The position numbers and the translations under genes are program-made. The notes beneath the pieces are model-generated. The model saw only the letters and a list, made by a program, of their open reading frames with translations, ran no database searches and was not told where the DNA came from. A stretch of DNA of 64,000 nt from an uncultured bacterium (GTDB taxonomy: Bacteria; Verrucomicrobiota; Kiritimatiellia; RFP12; UBA1067). The DNA is taken from NCBI GenBank assembly GCA_902799385.1, contig CADCAK010000001.1, positions 96,566 to 160,565 on the forward strand. The letters run 5' to 3'. How positions within the stretch are numbered: the first letter of the stretch is position 1; every line of letters begins with the position of its first letter. Positions 37,771 through 46,490 of this stretch are shown here, in pieces.

Positions 37771-40335
37771 ATGGACAAGGGCAAGATCGTCGTTGCGGCA
37801 ATTGCTGCTTCATTTTTATGCGGGTCGGCTTGGTCTGCGGAGGTAAGTTCCGCCCAGGCGGAGACCTTTGCCAATGTATGGTCTTCCGTACGTGCGCGAA
37901 GGATGCCCGGCGAGTGCCGAGAAAGACGCAGGGTGTCCCTTCGTACAATTTGCACCAAGTCCGACAGGCCGCTCTTCCATGTCGCCAATCTGCCCGAGGG
38001 TGGCTTTGTCGTGATGTCGGGCGACACGGCCCTAAGTCCGGTTGTCGCATACTCCGACGTGGGGGCATTTGTGGAGATGGAGGGGAATCCGGTCTATGAG
38101 GCCCTTTTGGCCGATATGTCCGCCCGCATTGCGGCTGTTGATTCGTCGAATCGCCAAACGGCGAAATGGCCAAATGTAGAAAGGATTGCCAAGGCGAAGG
38201 CCATGGCGTCGATAGGGGAGGACGGGCTGGATGGCGTCAGCGACATAAGGGTCGCGCCAATCACCAAGGCGAAATGGTCGCAGCTCACTTTGGGAGGCCG
38301 GAATGCATTCAACATGTATACTCCCAACAACTATTCCTGTGGATGTGTGGCTGCGGCGTTTCTGGCGGTCATGCGCCATTGGTGTGAACCGCGCGGCCCC
38401 GTCGCGCAGTCGATGATGGTGTGCTGGATAGACGGCGTGAGGACGTCGCTTCAGATGATGGGCGGGACCTACGATTGGGCGTCAATGCCATTGGAGTGGT
38501 CGAATGAAGTTACCGATGTCCAGCTCCGGGAAATAGGCAGGGCGGCGTATGATGTGAGCTTGGCCATGCACACGAGCTATTACCAGTCTGGGTCGCAATC
38601 ATGCGGCGAGCTGGGTGCCCAAGCGCTTGCCACTGGATTTGGCTATGCCTCAGTCCGCGTGTACGATACCATAAATGCGGCGTTGGCATCGAAGAACTTG
38701 ATCGACTCGGAAAACTACCGGAATGCCATTCTAGCCAGTCTTGATGCTGGCATGCCGGTTGTTGTCGGCGTGCAGAACGAGTCGGTAGGCCATCAGCTCG
38801 TAATCGACGGCTACGGATTCAGCGCCGGCAATGTGTTGTTCTGTCACCTGAACTGCGGATGGGGAGGGATGTGCGACTTGTGGTACAACGTGATGGCCGG
38901 CGGCGTCATAGACCCATACTGGTTTACGGTAGTCGAAGACGTCGTCTACAACATACATCCAAGGGTTTCCGGCGACGTTATATCGGGACGGGTGCTCGAT
39001 GATAACGGCGTCCCGGTGCCAGGGGTGTCCGTGAAGCTCTCAAAGGGAGATTCGTCGGAAGCGACGACGACGACGGACGCAAAGGGGATCTTCTCTTTCA
39101 GGTTTAGCGGGAAGGGTACATTTACGCTGGAGGCCGCCGATCCTACACTTGGCAGCGCGAAGCGCAGGGTCGTTATTGGGGCAGAAGGCAAGGATCCGGA
39201 ATTCGAGTTTGATGATCTAACCAACAGCAGTTGGCTGTATTCCGACGGTGTCGTCGCCAATCGCTGGGGGCAGGATCTCGTGCTAACCCCCCCGGAGGAC
39301 GGCGGAGACGACTCTTTCGACGAGCAGCCGTTTGATGCCGCAAACGCCGGTGTGTTCGATGGATGCATACTGGCCGATACGGAGATAAAGGGAACCATCC
39401 AAGTCAAGGCTGGCAAGGCAAAAAACGGGGAAAGCAAGGTTACGGCTACGGTAATTCTGGCAGACAGTCCTAAGAAGCTCAGTTTCAAGGGCGTTTTGCG
39501 CACGGACACGGGCTTTGCAACACTTTCCTGTGCGCGCGAAGAGGACATGTCGATTTATCTTGGCAAGGCGCGTTTTTCAGGCGAGATGGCAAATGGGTTT
39601 AGGGTGTCCGGAGTCCGCAATCTCTTCCTTTCGAAGGACAAGGCTGAGGTTAATGCCGCAGAGGGCGTCTTGGCGCCAAAGATCGGCACTCTCAACGTCG
39701 TCGGCGATAATCTTGTCATGGCCGTGAGCATCGGCAAGAAGGGCAAGGTCAAAGTGTCCGGCACATATCGTGGCGTAAAGGTTTCCGCCTCGGTTCAGGC
39801 ATATGTCGGCGATGGCGGATCCGTGCTTGTGCCTGTCGTTGTATCCAAGAAGGGCTCGCTTGCGTTTTTGCTCACTGTAGGCGATTCAACCGCCTCGATT
39901 GCCGGTTTAGGCGACGATATAAAAGTCGGGAAGCAGGGAAGATTGCAATCAGGCGCGGTGTTGCAGCTTCCCGACGGTGCGTTTGCGTCCATATCCGGAC
40001 TTCTTGTCGATTTGTTGCCTGACAACGAGCCGCTGACCGTATCTAATGGCAAGTGGGATACGGCCAAGGCCGCCAAAGTCACGTATAAGAACGGTGTGCT
40101 TGAGATAACGCCGGCGGTCAAGGGGGGAAATGTCGAGAATCCGTCGGGCCTCAAGTTGTCCTACAAGGCCAAGGACGGCTCTTTCAAGGGGTCGTTCAAG
40201 GTTTATGCGGTTGCTTCCGGCAAGTTGCAGAAGTACACTGCAAACGTTGCCGGCGTGCTTGTGGACGGCATAGGCTACGGCACTGCGGAAATCAAGAAGG
40301 TTGCCTCTTGCCCAGTCGTGATATCGGAGCCCTGA
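37771..40335 (+). CDS. secreted C10-family (streptopain-like) cysteine peptidase with Spi-like propeptide, CarboxypepD_reg-like domain, beta-rich repeats and shared C-terminal module
   Basis: KAKWSQL..YTPNNYSCGCVAAAFLAVMRHW, with the catalytic Cys codon at 38344-38346. His motif VGHQLVIDGYGF. LNCGWGG. GRVLDDNGVPVPGVSVKLS. C-terminus SGLKLSYKAKDGSFKGSFKVY..VDGIGYGTAEI. Confidence 0.85.
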   Translation: MDKGKIVVAAIAASFLCGSAWSAEVSSAQAETFANVWSSVRARRMPGECRERRRVSLRTICTKSDRPLFHVANLPEGGFVVMSGDTALSPVVAYSDVGAFVEMEGNPVYEALLADMSARIAAVDSSNRQTAKWPNVERIAKAKAMASIGEDGLDGVSDIRVAPITKAKWSQLTLGGRNAFNMYTPNNYSCGCVAAAFLAVMRHWCEPRGPVAQSMMVCWIDGVRTSLQMMGGTYDWASMPLEWSNEVTDVQLREIGRAAYDVSLAMHTSYYQSGSQSCGELGAQALATGFGYASVRVYDTINAALASKNLIDSENYRNAILASLDAGMPVVVGVQNESVGHQLVIDGYGFSAGNVLFCHLNCGWGGMCDLWYNVMAGGVIDPYWFTVVEDVVYNIHPRVSGDVISGRVLDDNGVPVPGVSVKLSKGDSSEATTTTDAKGIFSFRFSGKGTFTLEAADPTLGSAKRRVVIGAEGKDPEFEFDDLTNSSWLYSDGVVANRWGQDLVLTPPEDGGDDSFDEQPFDAANAGVFDGCILADTEIKGTIQVKAGKAKNGESKVTATVILADSPKKLSFKGVLRTDTGFATLSCAREEDMSIYLGKARFSGEMANGFRVSGVRNLFLSKDKAEVNAAEGVLAPKIGTLNVVGDNLVMAVSIGKKGKVKVSGTYRGVKVSASVQAYVGDGGSVLVPVVVSKKGSLAFLLTVGDSTASIAGLGDDIKVGKQGRLQSGAVLQLPDGAFASISGLLVDLLPDNEPLTVSNGKWDTAKAAKVTYKNGVLEITPAVKGGNVENPSGLKLSYKAKDGSFKGSFKVYAVASGKLQKYTANVAGVLVDGIGYGTAEIKKVASCPVVISEP

Positions 40336-40352
40336 TGCCACTGTAAATAGAT

Positions 40353-41840
40353 ATGTTCAGCCAAGGCAGAATTCGCGTTATAGCGCTTGCTATGTCAGAT
40401 GCCTTGTGCATCGTGGCAATGTGGGCATTTGCCGCGTGGGGGTACTGGGCGCTCGGCGGTTTTCTGCGCACGCATGGCTGGCCGGGCTGTCCATGGGGCG
40501 GATACGAGCTTGCGGAGTATGTGCGGTTCTTCCCGGTCGCCATCGCGTTTGTATGCGTCAACGCCGCGCTTGACCTGTATCACGGCAATTGGATGTATCC
40601 GTCCTCCCCGCAGGGCCCCGTCGAAGAGTTCCGGCGGCTGTGCATTTCGTCGCTCTTGACGCATGCGGGCGCGATTGCCTACATGGCGTTTGCCTACCAG
40701 AGCATGGAAGGCCGCATATCAAGGGCGGTCTGCATCTACGCATGCCTGCTTGCTTCGGTAGGCACCCAATCGTTCCGCAACTGGATGCGGTTCGTCCTGA
40801 AGCGATTGAACATGGGGCAGATACCCGTGGTGCTTGCGGGTGGCGGCGAGGCGGCACATCGTTTTGCCGCAGTCCTTGACGGCGACCCCTACGCTGGCAT
40901 CCGCATCGTCGGGTATTTCGCGGGCACTGAGAGGATTGGACGCAAGCGCCGTCGTCGGGCATGGAATGAACGCGATTTTCAGGACAGGAAGATCACCTAT
41001 CTCGGAACGCTTCGCGACATCGTCCCCCAGGCGAAGAAGCGCGACATCAAGATGCTTGTCGCCTGTCAGGACGACCGTCTTTTCCGGGCGCAGATGGACG
41101 AATTCGCAGCATGGTTCACGTATGTCGTCTACCTGCCGGCGGCGCGGTCGTTCCCCATATTCGGCGCACGCGCCGTAAACTTCGACGGTATTGGCGGACT
41201 TGAGATGGTCAACCAGGGGCGCATGAAGGTGAAGCGAGTTCAGAAACGCGTGATGGACGGTTTCCTTGCGCTTGTGGCCTTTGCGGTGTTTCTTCCGGCG
41301 TTTCTCGTAATCCCAGTGCTGGTCAAGCTTACGAGCCGGGGCCCGGTATTCTACCGGCACAGGCGCCTAGGGCGGGACGGGCGCGAGTTCTTCATCTGGA
41401 AGTTCCGGTCGATGTACGTAGACGCAGACCGCCGGCTCAAGGCGATCTTGGCTTCCAGCCCGTCGGCGGCGAAGGAATGGGAGTCGTCGTTCAAGCTTTC
41501 GCGCGATCCGCGCGTGACGCCTTTCGGCAGGTTGCTCAGAAAGACGTCCCTGGACGAGTTGCCGCAGCTTTTCAACGTCTTTTTCGGCGACATGGCGCTT
41601 GTCGGCCCGCGTCCGATAGTGGACGACGAGGTTCGGCAATACGGCAATTCGTATCGCGTGTTCTCGTCGGTCCGCCCGGGTATTACCGGCCTCTGGCAGG
41701 TGTCGGGGCGAAGTGACACCGGCTATGGGCGCCGCATCGCTCTCGACACGTACTATGTGCTCAACTGGTCGCCTTGGCTCGACCTGTGGATACTCCTGCG
41801 CACGGTGTTCGCCGTGTTGTTCATGCGCGGCGCGCGGTGA
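40353..41840 (+). CDS. polyprenyl-phosphate hexose-1-phosphate transferase (WbaP-type bacterial sugar transferase)
   Basis: 495 aa with N-terminal TM segments. C-terminal DELPQLFNVFFGDMALVGPRP and GITGLWQVSGRSD. Confidence 0.88.
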   Translation: MFSQGRIRVIALAMSDALCIVAMWAFAAWGYWALGGFLRTHGWPGCPWGGYELAEYVRFFPVAIAFVCVNAALDLYHGNWMYPSSPQGPVEEFRRLCISSLLTHAGAIAYMAFAYQSMEGRISRAVCIYACLLASVGTQSFRNWMRFVLKRLNMGQIPVVLAGGGEAAHRFAAVLDGDPYAGIRIVGYFAGTERIGRKRRRRAWNERDFQDRKITYLGTLRDIVPQAKKRDIKMLVACQDDRLFRAQMDEFAAWFTYVVYLPAARSFPIFGARAVNFDGIGGLEMVNQGRMKVKRVQKRVMDGFLALVAFAVFLPAFLVIPVLVKLTSRGPVFYRHRRLGRDGREFFIWKFRSMYVDADRRLKAILASSPSAAKEWESSFKLSRDPRVTPFGRLLRKTSLDELPQLFNVFFGDMALVGPRPIVDDEVRQYGNSYRVFSSVRPGITGLWQVSGRSDTGYGRRIALDTYYVLNWSPWLDLWILLRTVFAVLFMRGAR

Positions 41841-41844
41841 AATA

Positions 41845-41853
41845 TGGTATAAT
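41845..41853 (+). promoter_or_regulatory. extended -10 TGGTATAAT ending 8 nt before ATG 41862
   Basis: AATATGGTATAATACCGGGAAATG, read directly. Confidence 0.45.
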
Positions 41854-41861
41854 ACCGGGAA

Positions 41862-42629
41862 ATGCTGGGAAAACTAAAGCAACACCAATTCCTGTTCGAG
41901 GAGCTTGTCAAGCGCGACTTCAAGAAGAAGTACAAGCGCACGGTTCTCGGCATGGGCTGGAGCATGCTGTCGCCGCTTTTGATGTTGCTCGTCATGAAGG
42001 TGGTGTTCGAGCAGTTCTTCGGGCGCACGGTAAACCATTACACGACTTATCTTTTCTGCGGCCTTCTTACGTTCAACTGGTTTTCCGAATCTACGAATGG
42101 AGGCATGAGGTGCCTGTTTGCCAATGCGGGCATATTCACGAAAGTGAACGTCCCGAAGTACCTATTCCTCTTCTCGATCAACATCCAGGTGCTGCTCAAC
42201 TTCGCCTTGACGCTTCTTGTGTTCTTTGTTTTCTGCGCGATCGACCACGTGCCGTTTACGTGGCGATTCCTGTGCCTCGCCTATCCGATCGCCACCTTGC
42301 TGCTCTTCAATCTCGGGATAGGCATGGTGCTTTCGGCGCTTTTCATATTCTTTCGCGACATAGACTATCTTTGGTCTGTCGCTCTGCAGCTCATAATGTA
42401 CGGCTCGGCGATATTCTACACGGTGGACAACCTCCCGCCGAGGGTGCAGCTCGTCTTTTCCGCGAATCCCGTCTATCGGCACGTCGCCTACATTCGCGAG
42501 GTCGTCTTGTCGGGCTCGGTTCCGTCGCTTGAGTCGCACCTTGTCCTTCTTGGCTTTGCAGTAGCCGCTTTCCTGGCCGGTGCGTACATGTACAAGCACT
42601 ACAACACGAAATTCCTGTACTATGTCTGA
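41862..42629 (+). CDS. wzm: ABC-2 type polysaccharide export permease (Wzm/TagG-like)
   Basis: 255 aa. N-terminus QHQFLFEELVKRDFKKKYKRTVLGMGWSMLSPLL is typical of ABC-2 glycan exporters. Six hydrophobic segments. Confidence 0.85.
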   Translation: MLGKLKQHQFLFEELVKRDFKKKYKRTVLGMGWSMLSPLLMLLVMKVVFEQFFGRTVNHYTTYLFCGLLTFNWFSESTNGGMRCLFANAGIFTKVNVPKYLFLFSINIQVLLNFALTLLVFFVFCAIDHVPFTWRFLCLAYPIATLLLFNLGIGMVLSALFIFFRDIDYLWSVALQLIMYGSAIFYTVDNLPPRVQLVFSANPVYRHVAYIREVVLSGSVPSLESHLVLLGFAVAAFLAGAYMYKHYNTKFLYYV

Positions 42630-43527
42630 CAAGAGGCCAATGCTGTCGTGCCGCAACGTCTCCATCCGCTACCAGGTCGGGGACTTCAAGAACATCGGCC
42701 TCAAGGAATGGGCGATGAGGCGACTTGCGGGCAAGTACAGGGTCGTCGACTTCTGGGCGGACAGGGACGTCAGCTTCGAGATATGCGAAGGGGACATGCT
42801 TGGCATAATCGGCGCGAACGGTGCCGGGAAGTCAACCCTGCTGAAGGCGGTTTCCGGCATAATGGAGCCGACCAGGGGCAGGATAGTGCGAAACGGGAAG
42901 GTGTCTGCGCTTCTTGAACTGGGGAGCGGGTTCGACGGCGACCTGACGGTGAAGGAGAACGCCTACCTTCGCGGCGCGATGCTCGGCTATACTCGCAAGT
43001 TCATGGACAGGACATACCCGTATATAATCGACTTTTCGGAGCTCAAGGCGTTCGAGGACCGTCCGTTCAAGCAGCTGTCTTCGGGAATGAAGTCGCGTCT
43101 TGCGTTCGCCATCGCCTCGCTCGTGAAGCCCGAGATACTGATTCTCGACGAGGTGCTTGCGGTCGGCGACGGCGCGTTTCGCGCCAAGAGCGAGGCAAAG
43201 ATGCGCGAGATCATCAAGGGCGGCGCGACGACGATTCTTGTCTCGCATTCGCTTGTCCAGGTTCGCGCCATGTGCAACAGGGTCCTTTGGCTAGACAAAG
43301 GTCGGCAGATTGCGTTCACGGACGACGTGGCGGGAGTATGCGACTGCTACGAGGAGTATCTCAAGAACCGTGGGGCGGGGCCCGTCTACGACCCAGCGGC
43401 CGCGAAGGCCCGCATCAACGCGCGGGCGGCGGAGAAGGCCCGCCGCGAGGCCGAGGCGCGGCAGATGAAGGCAGATGCGGACAAGCTGAGGAAGGTTCGT
43501 GAGATATTGAGGGGGGTGAAGCCATGA
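42622..43527 (+). CDS. wzt: polysaccharide ABC transporter ATP-binding protein (Wzt/TagH-like), short form without carbohydrate-binding domain
   Basis: Walker A GANGAGKST, signature LSSGMKSRL, Walker B ILILDE. Start ATG 42622 overlaps the wzm stop by 8 nt. Ends in a charged helical tail. Confidence 0.85.
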   Translation: MSDKRPMLSCRNVSIRYQVGDFKNIGLKEWAMRRLAGKYRVVDFWADRDVSFEICEGDMLGIIGANGAGKSTLLKAVSGIMEPTRGRIVRNGKVSALLELGSGFDGDLTVKENAYLRGAMLGYTRKFMDRTYPYIIDFSELKAFEDRPFKQLSSGMKSRLAFAIASLVKPEILILDEVLAVGDGAFRAKSEAKMREIIKGGATTILVSHSLVQVRAMCNRVLWLDKGRQIAFTDDVAGVCDCYEEYLKNRGAGPVYDPAAAKARINARAAEKARREAEARQMKADADKLRKVREILRGVKP

Positions 43528-46481
43528 CCGCGGGACTCCCGGAAATCAGGCCCGCATTTGCAACGCGGAACATCCCCGTCGCCTTTGCGACGGACGAGAA
43601 CTATTTGCCGTATGTCGCCGTGGCGATAAACTCGTTGGTTGCGAATGCAAGGGGCGGCAACCTTGATGTGCTTGTATTCCATGCTGGAATTGGCGAGACG
43701 GCAAGGGGTTGGCTTCTTAAGGAAGTGCGAAAGGGCGCGTGCATTTCGGTGCGCTTCGTGGACATTGGTGATGTGGTAAGGGAAACGGCCGCAGGGTGCT
43801 TTGTCCAGAAAAACTACCTTTCGGTGACCACGCTGTTCCGGCTTTTCATCCCCAGGGTGCTCGTCGCCTACGAAAGGCTCGTGTATCTTGACGTGGACTT
43901 GGTTGTGTGCCAGGACATTTCCGAGCTGTATGCCACTGACCTTGCCGGATGCCTGTTTGGAGCGGTTCGCGACTATGGGGCGGCGAACCTCATGCGCAGT
44001 AGTCCGAGCCATCGTGAATTTGCCGAGAAGCATGGGTTCTCCGAATGGGACGAGTATGTCAATGCCGGCGTGCTGCTCATGGATCTCGCCGCACTTAGGG
44101 CTGCGGATCTTCTCGACCGGCTTCTTCCCGTCGCGGTTGATGCGGCGGGGTTCTCCTGCGACCAGGATGCGCTGAACATCATTTGCAGGGGGCGCATATG
44201 CCATCTCGATCCGAAGTGGAACGTGCTGGCGTTGCCGGCAAGCTATGAAGCGCAAGTGCGGGAGGCGGGCGGACAATTGGGCATCGTCCATTTTGTGAGT
44301 GGGGAGAAGCCCTGGAAGTGCCCGAGTCATCTTTGCGCGCATCTCTGGTGGAGCTATGCGGCGGACCTTGATTTTGCAGTATCCCTATGGCGCGGGATCT
44401 TCGACGGCGGAAATGATGCCGTAAAGTGCGGCGAAGGGATCGCCGTGACGGTCGTCGTCCCCGTGTACAACGCGGAGCGATATCTATTCGGAACGCTTGC
44501 CTCGCTGTCGGCGCAGCCCCTCCGCAACATCGAGGTAATCTGCGTCGACGACGGTTCGATCGATGGCTCGCGCGCCATTGTCAAGACCATGCAGGGACTT
44601 GATCCCCGCGTCAAGTTATTGAGTCAATGTCGTCAGGGCCCCGGGACGGCGCGCAATGCGGCATTGGACATTGCCGCAGGGGAGTATGTATACTTTCTGG
44701 ATGCCGACGATCGGATTGTTCCGGGGGACGCGCTCTTGCGTGCATACGAACAGGCCAGGCGGAATGGCCTGGACATGCTGCTTGCGGCATCGTCCACGAT
44801 TGCCGAAGACGGGCATGTCTTGCAGACAGATGTTGGACTTAACCGCGAGGTCCTTCCGGGCGAGGAGGTCTTTGCGCCGGACGCTTTGGGGGCGGAGCTG
44901 TTTTTGTGCGTACCGCTGGGGCCGTGCGGCAAGCTCTACCGACGGGCATTCCTGGAGGAAAACGAGCTCAGGTTTCCAGCGTTGAAGCGCTCCGAGGACT
45001 TCCCGATGGTTGGGTTGGCGCTGGCGCTTTCGTCCCGGATTGGAGTGCTTGCGCAATCTGTTTATGAACGTCGCATAGGCGTGTCTTCGTCGTTGGAATC
45101 GACTAAGGACGAAACCCCGCTTATTTTCTTCGAGGCGGAACAATTGCTGCGCGATTCCTTGAAGAGGCACAAATTGTGGAGTCGGTTCAAGACGGCCGTC
45201 TACTCGGCCTTTGTTTCCCGGCTCGTGTACAACCTTCAGGCAGTGCGGCGATATTCAAGCTTCAGGACGATAATCGCCAAATACCGCAAAGAGTGCCAGG
45301 AATGGATTCGCTGGAAGCATGTAGCCCTGCCTGAACGGTTTGCGGACAAAGTGCAATTGGTCAAAGACATAAGCCAAGGCATGGACGATGACGACCAAAT
45401 TGCATTGTTTGTCAAATTGAAAGAGGCGGCGGCCGCAAACGCGTCTGACGCCAAGAAGAGCATACGGTTTGACGATAAAAGGCTCGTTGCATTGGCTGCG
45501 ACGGTCGAGAAGGTGCGCGCCGCGCGCGACGATGCGCTTCGGATGCGCGACGAGGCCCTTGCGACTGTCGAAAAGGTGAAGACCGGACGCGACGATGCGC
45601 TTCGGATGCGCGACGAGGCCCTTGCGACTGTCGAAAAGGTGAAGGCCGGACGCGACGATGCGCTTCGGATGCGCGACAACGCCCTTGCCACGGTGGAGAA
45701 GATGAAATCCGCCCGCGACGACGCGCTTCGGATGCGTGACGAGGCTCTTGCGACCGTCGGAAAGGTGAAGGTCGGTCGCGACGACGCGCTTCGGATGCGC
45801 GACAACGCCCTTGCCACGGTAGAGAAGATGAAATCCGCCCGCGACGACGCGCTTCGGATGCGCGACGAGGCTCTCGCGACCGTCGAAAAGGTGAAGGCCG
45901 GTCGTGATGACGCGCTTCGGATACGCGACAACGCCCTTGCCACGGTGGAGAAGACGAAGTCCGCCCGCGACGACGCGCTTCGGATGCGCGACGGGGCTCT
46001 TGCGACTGTCGAAAAGGTGAAGGCTGGACGCGACGACGCGCTTCGGATGCGCGACGAGGCCCTTGCGACTGTCGAAAAGGTGAAGGTTGGTCGCGACGAT
46101 GCGCTTCGGATGCGCGACAACGCCCTTGCCACGGTGGAGAAGATGAAATCCGCCCGCGACGACGCGCTTCGGATGCGCGACGGGGCTCTTGCGACCGTCG
46201 AAAAGGTGAAGGCCGGTCGCGACGATGCGCTTCGGATGCGCGACAACGCCCTGGCGACGCTGGAGAAGGTCAAGGCGTCAAGGGATGCGCTGCAGAGTTC
46301 GTTGGATTCTATGAAAGTCACGCTGAAGAACGTCATCCGTTCGCGAGACGACGCCGTGAGGGCGAGAGACGCGGCGCGGCTGGGCATGCGGGAGGCAGGC
46401 AATGCCATGCGCGGCGCGTCCCTGTCGTTGGAGGCAATAAGGCAAGTCGTCGAGAATGCAGATGTGCAGGTCAAAAGATAG
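43524..46481 (+). CDS. bifunctional glycosyltransferase (GT8 + GT2) with long C-terminal tandem-repeat coiled coil
   Basis: GT8: IPVAFATDENYLPYV, YLDVDLVVCQD, NAGVLLMDL. GT2: VTVVVPVYNAERYL..VICVDDGSIDGS. The C-terminal ~365 aa are heptad-like and Ala/Arg/Asp-rich. ATGA overlap with wzt. Confidence 0.85.
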   Translation: MTAGLPEIRPAFATRNIPVAFATDENYLPYVAVAINSLVANARGGNLDVLVFHAGIGETARGWLLKEVRKGACISVRFVDIGDVVRETAAGCFVQKNYLSVTTLFRLFIPRVLVAYERLVYLDVDLVVCQDISELYATDLAGCLFGAVRDYGAANLMRSSPSHREFAEKHGFSEWDEYVNAGVLLMDLAALRAADLLDRLLPVAVDAAGFSCDQDALNIICRGRICHLDPKWNVLALPASYEAQVREAGGQLGIVHFVSGEKPWKCPSHLCAHLWWSYAADLDFAVSLWRGIFDGGNDAVKCGEGIAVTVVVPVYNAERYLFGTLASLSAQPLRNIEVICVDDGSIDGSRAIVKTMQGLDPRVKLLSQCRQGPGTARNAALDIAAGEYVYFLDADDRIVPGDALLRAYEQARRNGLDMLLAASSTIAEDGHVLQTDVGLNREVLPGEEVFAPDALGAELFLCVPLGPCGKLYRRAFLEENELRFPALKRSEDFPMVGLALALSSRIGVLAQSVYERRIGVSSSLESTKDETPLIFFEAEQLLRDSLKRHKLWSRFKTAVYSAFVSRLVYNLQAVRRYSSFRTIIAKYRKECQEWIRWKHVALPERFADKVQLVKDISQGMDDDDQIALFVKLKEAAAANASDAKKSIRFDDKRLVALAATVEKVRAARDDALRMRDEALATVEKVKTGRDDALRMRDEALATVEKVKAGRDDALRMRDNALATVEKMKSARDDALRMRDEALATVGKVKVGRDDALRMRDNALATVEKMKSARDDALRMRDEALATVEKVKAGRDDALRIRDNALATVEKTKSARDDALRMRDGALATVEKVKAGRDDALRMRDEALATVEKVKVGRDDALRMRDNALATVEKMKSARDDALRMRDGALATVEKVKAGRDDALRMRDNALATLEKVKASRDALQSSLDSMKVTLKNVIRSRDDAVRARDAARLGMREAGNAMRGASLSLEAIRQVVENADVQVKR
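45525..46280 (+). repeat. 12 in-frame tandem copies of a 63-bp (21-aa) unit RDDALRMRD(E/N/G)ALATVEK(V/M)K(A/S)(G/A)
   Basis: Unit starts verified at 45525 and 45588, and the array end at 46280 (RDALQ follows at 46281). Units are near-identical at the DNA level. Degenerate copies flank the array (45483-45524 and ~46340-46400). Confidence 0.95.
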
Positions 46482-46490
46482 GGGGATGCC

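Noticed and set aside
45483-46400. CRISPR array or non-coding satellite as an explanation for the 63-bp repeats.
   Set aside because: The units are directly adjacent with no spacers. They are exactly in frame within a long ORF and encode a coherent heptad-patterned peptide. No cas genes are present in the window.
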